From contig JAKUNL010000003.1 in assembly GCA_022451925.1 (NCBI GenBank), forward strand, positions 17,939-81,938: a stretch of 64,000 nucleotides of DNA. The letters run 5' to 3'. This DNA is from Dehalococcoidia bacterium (GTDB lineage Bacteria; Chloroflexota; Dehalococcoidia; Lucifugimonadales; UBA3495). The notes beneath the pieces are model-generated. The model saw only the letters and a program-made list of their open reading frames with translations. It had not been told where the DNA came from and ran no database searches. The position numbers and the translations under genes are program-made. Below are positions 38,344 to 47,701 of the stretch, piece after piece; positions within the stretch are counted from its first letter, which is position 1, and every line of letters starts with the position of its first letter.

Positions 38344-39708
38344 ATGTACGCGGAGAAGCTGTTACCCCATGACTTGGAGGCGGAGGAAGCGGTTGTTGGG
38401 TCGGTTTTAATCGATGGGGACTGCTTCTCCCGTATCGCGCCGCACATCAAAGCAGACGATTTCTACCGAGAGAGAAATCAGCTTTGTTTTGCCGCCTGCG
38501 AAGCCCTATTTCAGCGCGACGAGGCCATTGACCAAGTAACTCTAGCGCGTGAGTTAAGCAGGGCCAGCCAGCTGGAAACAGTGGGCGGTATGGCGTATCT
38601 CAGCCACCTAATATCAGTAACTCCCACCTCGGCTCATTCAGAACACTACGCCAACGTGGTCGCCCGCACTGCCACCATGCGGAAGCTCATCGACGTCGCC
38701 TCCCGCATCTCCAACCTGGGCTATCAGGACACCGACGATGTGGACGCCACTCTCAGACAGGCTGAAGATGCGCTCTTCACAATACGCGGCCCAGGGTCAC
38801 AGCGCGGCTTCATGCCACTCCGGCAGATCTATGACCAATATCTGGAAGACCAAGCCGCCATAGCTGACCCCGTCATGGAGAACTCAGGTCCGGTGATAGC
38901 CGGGTACACCGACCTAGACGAACTACTCGGCGGCATCCAGCGTTCTGACCTGGTTATCCTTGGCGCACGGCCTTCCTTGGGTAAAAGCACCTTAGCCTTG
39001 AACATTTGCCTCAACGCTGCCAAAAACGGCTCTTCAGCTGGAGTCTTCAGTCTAGAGATGAGCAGGGAACAGCTGGCTCTCAGGATTTTGTCGTCCGAGG
39101 CTGAAATCGACTCTCACCGGTTACGCCTGGGCCTACTCACCGATGCCGAATCAGAGCGGATCACCGACGCAATTGGTCTGCTGTCAGACCTACCTGTATA
39201 CATCGATGACACACCCTTCCAGAGTATGGTTGAAATGCGAAGCAAATCGCGCCGATTGTCCTTAGAGCACGGGCTGGACTTGTTGGTCGTCGACTACCTA
39301 CAACTCATTCAAGGGCGCAGCGGGCGCAGCGACAACAGAGTCCAGGAAATCTCAGAGATATCTAGATCTCTCAAGGTCATGGCAAGAGATCTGAACATCG
39401 CTCTAATCACTTGCTCTCAGCTTAGTCGCGGTGTTGAACAGCGCACTGGACACAAACCCATGCTATCTGACCTACGTGACAGCGGCAGCATAGAGCAAGA
39501 CGCAGATGTCGTCATGTTTCTGCACAGAGACGATGTCTACGTATCAGAAGAAGAATGGGTCCAACAAAACCCCGGTCAACCGTATCCAAAGAACGTGGCC
39601 GATCTGATCGTAGCCAAACATCGAAACGGCCCAACTGGCAACCTACAATTGTTCTTTCGTGACAACTTCGTACGGTTTGATTCATTCGCCCGAGTGGACA
39701 GCTTTTAA
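38344..39708 (+). CDS. dnaB: Replicative DNA helicase DnaB
   Basis: 454 aa with PHDLEAEEAVVGSVL, Walker A GARPSLGKST, LLVVDYLQL and SGSIEQDADVV. No intein is present. Confidence 0.96.
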   Translation: MYAEKLLPHDLEAEEAVVGSVLIDGDCFSRIAPHIKADDFYRERNQLCFAACEALFQRDEAIDQVTLARELSRASQLETVGGMAYLSHLISVTPTSAHSEHYANVVARTATMRKLIDVASRISNLGYQDTDDVDATLRQAEDALFTIRGPGSQRGFMPLRQIYDQYLEDQAAIADPVMENSGPVIAGYTDLDELLGGIQRSDLVILGARPSLGKSTLALNICLNAAKNGSSAGVFSLEMSREQLALRILSSEAEIDSHRLRLGLLTDAESERITDAIGLLSDLPVYIDDTPFQSMVEMRSKSRRLSLEHGLDLLVVDYLQLIQGRSGRSDNRVQEISEISRSLKVMARDLNIALITCSQLSRGVEQRTGHKPMLSDLRDSGSIEQDADVVMFLHRDDVYVSEEEWVQQNPGQPYPKNVADLIVAKHRNGPTGNLQLFFRDNFVRFDSFARVDSF

Positions 39709-39710
39709 GA

Positions 39711-40463
39711 GTGACTCTTCCAGGGGCTTCCTCAAGATTCGAGGGTTTCACCGGAAACACGCTTTACACTCCGGTACCCAATCCAATGTTCGGTCCCATT
39801 TTGGAGCAAATCCAAGACCTGGCTGAACTGAAGGTTACTTTGCGTGGTCTATGGTTGTTCCACCGTAAAAAGAGCGCAATCAGAGCCGTGTCGCTGAATG
39901 AATTTTTAGCCGACCAATCATTGGCCAAAGGTCTGAAATCCGAAACTGAGTCTACTTCAGAAAGAATACGGCAGGGCCTGCGACTAGCGGTCACTCGGGG
40001 GACATTCCTGACCATTCAATTACCAGATACCGGCACGGTATTCTTATTGAACACCGAAGCCGACCGACGTGCCGTTACAAAACTCAGCCCAGCCGAGATA
40101 TATAGAGATATCGACCATAAGCAGATAGATGACGCTCCCAAATTGGAAAAGCCCAACATATTCTCACTTTACGAGGACAGCATCGGATCGCTGTCGCCCT
40201 TGTTGGCCGAAGAGTTAAAGGAAGCTGAAGGACGCTACCCCGAGACATGGCTCAGAGAAGCTTTCACCATCGCAGTTGCTGAAAACAAACGTAGTTGGCG
40301 TTACGTTACCGGCATCCTGAGGCGCTGGACCGCCGAAGGCAAAGAATCCAAAGGTGGCGCCGGAAGGGGGGAGAATGGAAAGCCTGGGCGACATACTGAG
40401 GCGGATAACCGCCAGAAATATCTCGACGAATACCAACGGCGACGGGGTTCACCTTCCGGATAG
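39711..40463 (+). CDS. DnaD-domain replication protein (helicase-loading accessory)
   Basis: The GTG start lies 2 nt after the dnaB stop. The C-terminal DnaD-type motif is NIFSLYEDSIGSLSPLLAEELKEAEGRYPETWLREAFTIAVAENKRSWRYVTGILRRW. Confidence 0.7.
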   Translation: MTLPGASSRFEGFTGNTLYTPVPNPMFGPILEQIQDLAELKVTLRGLWLFHRKKSAIRAVSLNEFLADQSLAKGLKSETESTSERIRQGLRLAVTRGTFLTIQLPDTGTVFLLNTEADRRAVTKLSPAEIYRDIDHKQIDDAPKLEKPNIFSLYEDSIGSLSPLLAEELKEAEGRYPETWLREAFTIAVAENKRSWRYVTGILRRWTAEGKESKGGAGRGENGKPGRHTEADNRQKYLDEYQRRRGSPSG

Positions 40464-41754
40464 CGAGCCGGACGAGGTACTTTGCCATCAATGCAGTGGT
40501 AGCGGATGGGTGACACGACGTGTCCACGTTGGCCATCCTGAGTTTGGACAAGCGATTCCCTGCACCTGCCAGGAAACCCAAGACACACACACTCGTGCGG
40601 CCGCTTTGCGCCGTTATAGCAATCTTGGGCCGCTCTCCCGTATCACGTTCGCCACCACCAATCAGGAAGGTCCTCAATCTGACGTGCCAAACCATCAGAT
40701 GTTCACTGATGGCATGGCTGTGGCCGCCCAGTTCGCTGAGGAACCTAGTGGCTGGCTAGTTCTAACCGGTCCCAGCGCCAGTGGCAAAACCCACCTGGCC
40801 GTAGCAATCGCCAATCGGTGCATCGAGAGAAGTCAGACTACATTCTTCATCGTAGCGTCAGACCTCTTAGACCACCTAAGAGCAACCTACTCCCCTGACA
40901 GCCAAGTTTCCTATGACGAATTATTCGAACAGGTACGCAACGTTTCTATGCTGGTCCTGGACGACCTAAGCATGACTAATGCTACTCCGTGGGCCCAAGA
41001 AAAATTATTTCAAGTGATTAACCACCGTTACAACAACGCACTGCCCACCGTAGTCACAGTTAGGGGGCCACTGCAACGCCTAGACGATGCGCTGCGCACC
41101 CGATTGGAAGGCGCAGACAACACCGCCAAGGTAGTCCAACTGGGGAACTTCAACAGCAGAATGATTCAAGGCATCGGTGAAGTACGTGCTGAAATGCTGC
41201 AACGGATGACCTTTGAGAACTTCGACACCTTGGGCGGCGCTGGAGCATCCCCACAAGACCAAGAATCCTTAGATCGGGCCAAACACACCGCAGAAGAGTT
41301 TGCTAGCAACCCTGAAGGCTGGCTGCTCTTCAACGGCCCACGTGGATGCGGTAAAACCCACCTGGCAGTCGCAATCTCCGGAGAACGAATCAAAAATGGC
41401 AGCCAGGTGTTCTTCGCATTTGTTCCAACTTTACTAGATCACCTAAGAGCCACTTTCAGCCCCGACAGCCAAGTTGGTTACGACGAACTATTTGAACAAA
41501 TAAACTCGGTACCATTACTGGTCTTAGACGACCTAGGCGCAGAAAGTAGCACGGCCTGGGCCGAGGAAAAACTCTACCAGATAATCGTCCACCGCCACGA
41601 AGCCCGCCTGCCCACCGTAATCACCACGGTCTCCACTATAGAAGAATTGGAAGACACAAAATCCCGTATCGCTTCCAGACTAGTGGACGGGTTGGTAGTA
41701 GACTGGTTACCAATCATCGCACCCAACTACAGGGACCAGCGACGCCGGAAATAG
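40375..41754 (+). CDS. Helicase-loader-like protein: N-terminal zinc ribbon plus two tandem DnaC/DnaI/IstB-type AAA+ modules
   Basis: Zinc ribbon CHQCSGSGWV...IPCTC. Module 1 has GPSASGKTHLAVAIAN...LLDHLRATYSPDSQVSYDELFEQV...LVLDDL. Module 2 has GPRGCGKTHLAVAIS...LLDHLRATFSPDSQVGYDELFEQI...LVLDDLGAE. The ATG at 40375 is preferred over the GTG at 40354. Confidence 0.75.
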   Translation: MESLGDILRRITARNISTNTNGDGVHLPDSEPDEVLCHQCSGSGWVTRRVHVGHPEFGQAIPCTCQETQDTHTRAAALRRYSNLGPLSRITFATTNQEGPQSDVPNHQMFTDGMAVAAQFAEEPSGWLVLTGPSASGKTHLAVAIANRCIERSQTTFFIVASDLLDHLRATYSPDSQVSYDELFEQVRNVSMLVLDDLSMTNATPWAQEKLFQVINHRYNNALPTVVTVRGPLQRLDDALRTRLEGADNTAKVVQLGNFNSRMIQGIGEVRAEMLQRMTFENFDTLGGAGASPQDQESLDRAKHTAEEFASNPEGWLLFNGPRGCGKTHLAVAISGERIKNGSQVFFAFVPTLLDHLRATFSPDSQVGYDELFEQINSVPLLVLDDLGAESSTAWAEEKLYQIIVHRHEARLPTVITTVSTIEELEDTKSRIASRLVDGLVVDWLPIIAPNYRDQRRRK

Positions 41755-41869
41755 AGTAGTTGCTTAGCATCGAAAATCCCTCCAGCTGTGCGGACTGTGT
41801 TTACACCCTTTGTCCTTCGACGAAATAATTTTAACGTCCCTGGCCTAGAAGGCCATCATATTAGGGAAT

Positions 41870-42199
41870 TTAATATTTAAATTCTTCCCGAACAGGGCTA
41901 AAGATATCCAAAGCTATGGCTTTGACATCGTAAGCCTTGGCGTAGTGCTCCACATTACCTGGGATGATATACATATCACCTGGCTGAAGCAGCTTGACTT
42001 CGCCATCAATACCCATCTCCAGTTCTCCCTCTACTACTATCCCTCCCTGTTCATGAGGGTGAGTATGCATCGGGACCAGTGCGTTGGCGTCTACTTCAAC
42101 CAATGAAAGCAGCATCTGCTCTCCCCAGAAAGTCTTGGTCCTAGCCCCAGTCGCTAACTCCTTGGTTTTCCGGTCACGCGCGTCAATAAAATACGCCAT
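41870..42199 (-). CDS. Cupin-domain protein
   Basis: 109 aa with the cupin motifs HTHPHEQGGIVVEGELEM and GDMYIIPGNVEH. Confidence 0.8.
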   Translation of the reverse strand: MAYFIDARDRKTKELATGARTKTFWGEQMLLSLVEVDANALVPMHTHPHEQGGIVVEGELEMGIDGEVKLLQPGDMYIIPGNVEHYAKAYDVKAIALDIFSPVREEFKY

Positions 42200-42451
42200 G
42201 ATTAACTCCTTGGTGTTTCCGGCAAAGTTCTTCTGAACCTCAGCTCGTTTTCATGCTTTCTCGCGTAGTACTACTCACTGCCAATCACCCAATATTCGAG
42301 ACACCCATTCACAAAATCTTTTATTCCTGTTATGCAATTTTTTCTAGGTGAGAATTTTCGGAGGGATTGCTGCCGCTCACTACGAAGCCAGAATCAAGAG
42401 TAGTCTCTGTTAGGATAATAATAATTTTTGAGGCTTAATCTAAAGTAGATT

Positions 42452-44089
42452 TTAAAACTTAGAGTACTGGCCCTCGTCCCTAGTTATAAATTCCAACACC
42501 ACGGTATTTCCAGCCTCGGTCTCAGTCACACCCCTTTTGATAGCGCCTACTATGTCGTCTGGAGCAGTTATCTGCTCAGTATAAGCACCCATTGCCCGAG
42601 CGACCTCAACAAACTCACCAGACAAGCCCTTAATATTGTACTTCTCCATGGCCACCGGGAATCTACTGTTGTCGTAGATGGACATATAGGCGTTGTTGAT
42701 GATGATGGTCATCGTGGGAATCTTACTGCGTACAGCGGTCTCCACATCCAAACCAACGGTACTGAAGGCTAGGTCACCCATAACATTGATACACAACTTA
42801 TCCGGTTCTGCCATCTTGGCACCCATAGCGAGGCCAAGGCTGTAACCGAGCTGAGTGGACTTACCCCAACCAACAAAGCTACGTGGTGCTCTAGCCTCCC
42901 AGAATGGAACAAGATACTCCCTAGCACTCCCGGATTCATGGGTGATTATAGTGTTATCGAGGTCGACAGTGTTCATCAGATCCCAAACCACCCTATAAGG
43001 ATTCATGGGCACTTCATTAGAGGTCAGTTTAGGCATCCATTGGGCGAGCCATTGCTCTTTCACCAACTTGATATCATCGACCAGAGCCTGGTTCGTAGAC
43101 CGACCGCTTCCGGCCTGGCTCTTTAATTCATCCAATAGTTGACGCAGAACCAGTTTGGCGTCACCTAGCATGGCCAAGTCTGTTTTGAACTCCCGTCCGA
43201 TGGCATCTTCATCGTTAGTCAGGTGGACTAGTGTTTTACCATCAGGTATAGCTTGAGCAAAGTTGGTTTTGGTAAAACTACAACCCACACCCAGAATCAG
43301 GTCAGATCCTTTCAAGTACTTGTTCACCATTCCAGTAGTGCTCGGTCCGCCAGCACCTAAGGCCAACGGATGGTTCTCCGGGAATCCGCTCTTTCCAGAT
43401 AAGGTGGTCATCACGGGAGCTTGCAAAAATTCAGCCAACTCCACCAATTCAGCCGTAGCCTCGGCATAAAGCACTCCCTGACCTGCGTGGATTATCGGGT
43501 TTGCAGCCGCGAGTATCGCCTTGGCAGCACGATTTACATCAGCCGGGTTCGCCTGCTGCAACACCACTCTAGGCGGCTCATAGTTAAAGAGTTCCTCGGG
43601 TAATTCAGCAGCTGCTATATCAGCCGGTATTTCCAGTAGTACTGGCCCCAAACGTCCGGAACGCAGCTTGGTAAAAGCGCGGCGCATGAGGTCAGGTATC
43701 CGCTCCACCGTATTCATCTCTTCCGACCATTTTGTGATGGTTTCGTAGCTCCTGGTCGGATAGAAGTTCGGGTGGACTCCCCGTTTCTCTCGGGCCATTC
43801 CCGCTGGCAGAAGAAGTATGGGTACCGATTCCGAATAGGCCTGTGCCACACCGCCGAAGCCGTTCTCTGCTCCTGGGCCATTCTGCATCATGAATACGCC
43901 CATACGTTTGCCATTGGTCACTCTGGAATAACCGTCCACCATGTGTATCCCGGTGCCTTCTTGTCGAAATACTATGGGCCGAATTCCAGCTATGGCCGCC
44001 GCTTCTAATAAAGGTTGATACGGGACGCAGCCAATAAATTCGACTCCCTCCAAACGCAAAATATTGGCAATCGCTGTGACTCCGTCCAT
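42452..44089 (-). CDS. Thiamine-pyrophosphate-dependent enzyme (acetolactate-synthase-like family)
   Basis: 545 aa with an N-terminal Pyr domain (QEGTGIHMVDGYSR...NGPGAENG) and a C-terminal PP domain (GDLAFSTVGLDVETAVR...NNAYM). The substrate is not inferable. Confidence 0.8.
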   Translation of the reverse strand: MDGVTAIANILRLEGVEFIGCVPYQPLLEAAAIAGIRPIVFRQEGTGIHMVDGYSRVTNGKRMGVFMMQNGPGAENGFGGVAQAYSESVPILLLPAGMAREKRGVHPNFYPTRSYETITKWSEEMNTVERIPDLMRRAFTKLRSGRLGPVLLEIPADIAAAELPEELFNYEPPRVVLQQANPADVNRAAKAILAAANPIIHAGQGVLYAEATAELVELAEFLQAPVMTTLSGKSGFPENHPLALGAGGPSTTGMVNKYLKGSDLILGVGCSFTKTNFAQAIPDGKTLVHLTNDEDAIGREFKTDLAMLGDAKLVLRQLLDELKSQAGSGRSTNQALVDDIKLVKEQWLAQWMPKLTSNEVPMNPYRVVWDLMNTVDLDNTIITHESGSAREYLVPFWEARAPRSFVGWGKSTQLGYSLGLAMGAKMAEPDKLCINVMGDLAFSTVGLDVETAVRSKIPTMTIIINNAYMSIYDNSRFPVAMEKYNIKGLSGEFVEVARAMGAYTEQITAPDDIVGAIKRGVTETEAGNTVVLEFITRDEGQYSKF

Positions 44090-44208
44090 CGGTTAACTCC
44101 TATATATTGCGCAACCTAGATTTGGCTCGCATGAGGCGTGATTTCGGGCCAGTGTAGATTGCCTGCAATTTAGTGTCAACTTAACGAAATAGTCATGGAG
44201 AGCATTCA

Positions 44209-44652
44209 TCAAGGTTCGGGCTGAAAACTCCAGGGAACAAATCTCGAGGGAGTTATCTTGATAACAGGGTTTGCATCCAGGTCCATTGACTCATATTGAG
44301 GGTATTTCTGGCGAAGAATAACTATGGCCTCAGCCCATTCCTGGCCTGACTCCAGCAGTTCTGCATTTCCGATGATTAGTATATATCTAAGCTTTTTCCA
44401 GTCTTCATCATAATGGTCTACAACCAGTGAAACCCGCGGATTTGACAGGATATTTCGCACTCTGCGCAGTTTTCTGAGAGGAGTGGCCTTGGGTTTAGCG
44501 TCGAGCACCGAGTAAATTGATTCACCATCGAAGGCATAGCACACGGGGATCACATGAGGCTGACCATTATCATCTGCAGTTGCTAGATGACCGTTACGTG
44601 CGGATCGAAGAAAGCGGTCTTGGGCCAATGATAGCGCGAGCACTAGGTTCAC
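44209..44652 (-). CDS. Pyridoxamine-5'-phosphate-oxidase (PPOX) family protein, probably F420/FMN-binding
   Basis: 147 aa with a GTG start, GHLATADDNGQPHVIPVCYAFDG and NPRVSLVVDHYDEDW. Confidence 0.75.
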   Translation of the reverse strand: MNLVLALSLAQDRFLRSARNGHLATADDNGQPHVIPVCYAFDGESIYSVLDAKPKATPLRKLRRVRNILSNPRVSLVVDHYDEDWKKLRYILIIGNAELLESGQEWAEAIVILRQKYPQYESMDLDANPVIKITPSRFVPWSFQPEP

Positions 44653-44658
44653 CGAGTG

Positions 44659-45582
44659 CTACAAGCCACCGAGGTAGCCTTCTGGATCGTCGTCAAATTC
44701 CAGGTCGTCCAACTCCAAACGGGCTGCTTCCCCCAGGTTGGAATCACCATCATTCACTAAAGAAGTGAGCACTTTTTTAGCCAATGGGCCACCGATTTTA
44801 CCCAGGGCTGCTACTCCAGCGAGCTGAACTTCTGAGTCGTCATCTTCCAGAAGCAATATCAGGTGTGGAACGGCATCTTCTTCCCCCAACTCGCCGCAAG
44901 CATGGGCTGTCTCGTACCGAATGGCGGGCTCGTCATTCTCAAGCTCTTGAAGAAGGATCGGAAGCCAGCCAATTTCGCCAGTACGTCCCATAGCAAATAT
45001 CGAACTGGCACGAAAATCTGGATCTAAACTCTCGTAAGCCAACGTTATCCGCTGATTAATCTCCATGGTGTTAAAGGGGGCCACTGCTTCCATACACCTT
45101 CGCCGCACATCCAATGGTTCTTCTTCGTCTTCCAGAACCTGCATCAAGCTATCATGGACAAATTCGCTGTCTTTGACTAACAGCTTATTTTCTTGGGCTA
45201 GCACGGAAAAACGACCCAGAGCACTTGCCACTGCGGAACGAACTATATACCCCTTATCTGACCTCAGAACCTCTACCAGAGCCGATATCACAGAACGGTC
45301 TTCCTGCTCCCAAAGGCCATCAATCACAATTTCCAAAAGGGGTTCATCATCGCCTTTAAGGCACATTTTATAAATGGAAGTGAAGTCCAGTTCTGGGTTG
45401 TCTTCAGCAAGGTCTACCATTGAAGAAGCTATGGTCCGCTGCCGCTCTATAGGCAACAAATCCCATGCGGACGTGAAGAGTTCCATCTCCGCAGGAGAAA
45501 GATCGGAAATCTCATAGAAATCTACCGATGAGATGCGGCTTGTGGGGTCAGAAACGTTCTCGAGAAAGAATTCGAAAGACAT
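44659..45582 (-). CDS. HEAT-repeat (PBS-lyase-type) protein
   Basis: 307 aa, acidic, with repeated units such as IRYETAHACGELGEEDAVPHLILLLEDDDSEVQLAGVAALGKIG. It ends 6 nt before the PPOX gene. Confidence 0.65.
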   Translation of the reverse strand: MSFEFFLENVSDPTSRISSVDFYEISDLSPAEMELFTSAWDLLPIERQRTIASSMVDLAEDNPELDFTSIYKMCLKGDDEPLLEIVIDGLWEQEDRSVISALVEVLRSDKGYIVRSAVASALGRFSVLAQENKLLVKDSEFVHDSLMQVLEDEEEPLDVRRRCMEAVAPFNTMEINQRITLAYESLDPDFRASSIFAMGRTGEIGWLPILLQELENDEPAIRYETAHACGELGEEDAVPHLILLLEDDDSEVQLAGVAALGKIGGPLAKKVLTSLVNDGDSNLGEAARLELDDLEFDDDPEGYLGGL

Positions 45583-45694
45583 TTATCTTCGGTTCCAACT
45601 GAGTTATTAGTACCGATAACAACGCTGGTTTACGGGCGAATCAGTCACGTTTCCAGTATATCATAAGGTCTTACGGGCTTAACCCTGCCAGAGT

Positions 45695-47275
45695 CTAGTA
45701 GTTAACTTTCCATTTCCGTAAACGCTGAAATGTATCGGGTATCTGGGACAACAAGTCTGACGCTGCCAGGCCGGTGTCCCCATGGTTATCAACCACATCC
45801 CGACCGGCCTCACCGTGCAAATAAACGCCGCAAGTAGCTGCTTCGATCGGAGGCAAGCCTTGGGCCATTAATCCGCTGATAACCCCACTGAGCACATCTC
45901 CAGTGCCCCCAGTCGACAGGCCAGGGTTTGCCAAGGGTGCCAGCCTAACAACGCCGTTCGGCTGGCTGATAATAGTATTCGCGCCTTTAAGAACCAGGCA
46001 TACACCCCAGCGAACCGCATATTCCCGAGCTACTCCAACCCTGTCTTGTTGAATATCCACAGTTGTCAGGCCGGTGAGGGTAGACATCTCTCCAGGATGG
46101 GGTGTGAGCACCATTGGACCCCTTTCTCGCTCCCACCAGCGGTCGATTTTAGCCAAATTGTTCAACCCGTCGGCATCAACCAGTGCTGATAGATTCGTGA
46201 GATCCGAAAAGTCAGAACTTTCCCGATTGAATAGCAGGTCTTCAACAAACGCCATGGTTCCATCGGAAACGCCAAGTCCGCAGCCCACCAAGATATTCGT
46301 ATAACGGCGGGTACAATCACGGAGTGCCTTGGCAGCACCGGCCGCAACCATTCCCTCAGAACTCTCCTCCAAAGGCAGATGAATAGCCTCAATGGATTTA
46401 GCAGCTACGGTGGGGTAAATGCCTTGGGGAGTGGCCAGTGTAGTGAGGCCGGCGCCTACTCGCACGCAGGCCTGTGATGCTAGATAAGCAGCTCCAACAT
46501 AATTTTTGGAACCAGCCACCGCCAAGACGTGGCCAAAGGTACCCTTATGAGAGTCCATAGGACGAACGGGCAAATGTTCCGCCACCCAACCGAGGTCTAC
46601 AGTCTCAAGCATTATCTCTGACTCTTCTGAGAGGCCTACCGGAACTCCGATATCCAACACCTCTAGCTTGCCAGCGTAAGCAGCACCTGGAAAATTTAAT
46701 AACCCAGTCTTGGGATAACCTAGAGCAAACGTCACGTCATAAGGTACGGACGAGGAGTCCAATGCTCCTGTATCACTGTTCAGGCCGGTGGGCAAATCTA
46801 GCGCAAGTAGTATCGGAGGTTTGGGAATGGACCTGGTATTAGACAAAACCTCCATGGTCTGCTTTATGATGCCTTCCAGCGGACGTGTTTGACCAGTCCC
46901 TAAAATCGCATCAATTACCAAAGCTGACCTCGCAATCATCCGGTCCATCATGTCAGGGCTCGCCTCGTAAATTAATCCGACACCGTATTCAATTGCCAAG
47001 TTCAATTTAGGGTCTTCTTCAGGTCGTCCTCCCAGAATAAAACAGGTAACTTCCGCGCCCCACCGTCGTAAATGCCGAGCCGCAACCAAACCGTCCGCGC
47101 CGTTATTACCCGGACCGACCAAGACCGCAATCCGCACCCCTGCGGCTCCGACCAAACTTCGTACGCCCTGGGCAACGGCTAGGCCCGCACGCTCCATTAG
47201 ATAATCGGGACTGACTCCAGATCTCTCCGATGCTGATTCAATAGCCCTCATCTGCGCAGCTGTAACGATCTTCAT
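45695..47275 (-). CDS. nnr: Bifunctional NAD(P)H-hydrate repair enzyme (epimerase / ADP-dependent dehydratase)
   Basis: 526 aa with an N-terminal YjeF_N domain (GPGNNGADG) and a C-terminal carbohydrate-kinase-like domain (GGTGDVLSG). Confidence 0.92.
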   Translation of the reverse strand: MKIVTAAQMRAIESASERSGVSPDYLMERAGLAVAQGVRSLVGAAGVRIAVLVGPGNNGADGLVAARHLRRWGAEVTCFILGGRPEEDPKLNLAIEYGVGLIYEASPDMMDRMIARSALVIDAILGTGQTRPLEGIIKQTMEVLSNTRSIPKPPILLALDLPTGLNSDTGALDSSSVPYDVTFALGYPKTGLLNFPGAAYAGKLEVLDIGVPVGLSEESEIMLETVDLGWVAEHLPVRPMDSHKGTFGHVLAVAGSKNYVGAAYLASQACVRVGAGLTTLATPQGIYPTVAAKSIEAIHLPLEESSEGMVAAGAAKALRDCTRRYTNILVGCGLGVSDGTMAFVEDLLFNRESSDFSDLTNLSALVDADGLNNLAKIDRWWERERGPMVLTPHPGEMSTLTGLTTVDIQQDRVGVAREYAVRWGVCLVLKGANTIISQPNGVVRLAPLANPGLSTGGTGDVLSGVISGLMAQGLPPIEAATCGVYLHGEAGRDVVDNHGDTGLAASDLLSQIPDTFQRLRKWKVNY

Positions 47276-47302
47276 CAGTTATTCCAAGATAATATTCACT
47301 GA

Positions 47303-47671
47303 TTAATCTTCCCGTTGTGTAACTACAAAAGCAACGGCGAATTCTCTCGAATGGGAAATGCTCAATGAAAGTTCACTAATCTGAAGCCGCTCCGCCCTAC
47401 CTTTAGCTCTGCCATGAAGTTTCACACTTGGGGCGCCACTATCGGCACGAACAACTTCGATGTCTTTCCAACTAACACCTCGTACACCGGTACCGAGAGC
47501 CTTCATGGTAGCTTCTTTGGCAGCAAAACGACCGGCCAAATTTGGCGCCCTACCACGACAATAAGAAATCTCAGCTGCAGTAAAAATTCGTTGCAGAAAC
47601 CGGTCACCATATCGGTCCAGCGTTTGCTGGATGCGAGAAATCTCGATGATGTCGACACCTGTTGTAAGCAT
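47303..47671 (-). CDS. acpS: Holo-[acyl-carrier-protein] synthase
   Basis: 122 aa with GVDIIEISRI, FAAKEATMKALG and LSISHSREFA. Confidence 0.93.
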   Translation of the reverse strand: MLTTGVDIIEISRIQQTLDRYGDRFLQRIFTAAEISYCRGRAPNLAGRFAAKEATMKALGTGVRGVSWKDIEVVRADSGAPSVKLHGRAKGRAERLQISELSLSISHSREFAVAFVVTQRED

Positions 47672-47701
47672 CGTGGTTAAACGCCGGATTATAATACCGA
47701 A

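Noticed and set aside
40215-40695. Minus-strand ORFs of 73-129 aa antisense to the DnaD-like/loader junction
   Set aside because: They are shadow ORFs in a GC-rich region where both sense frames already carry recognisable motifs.
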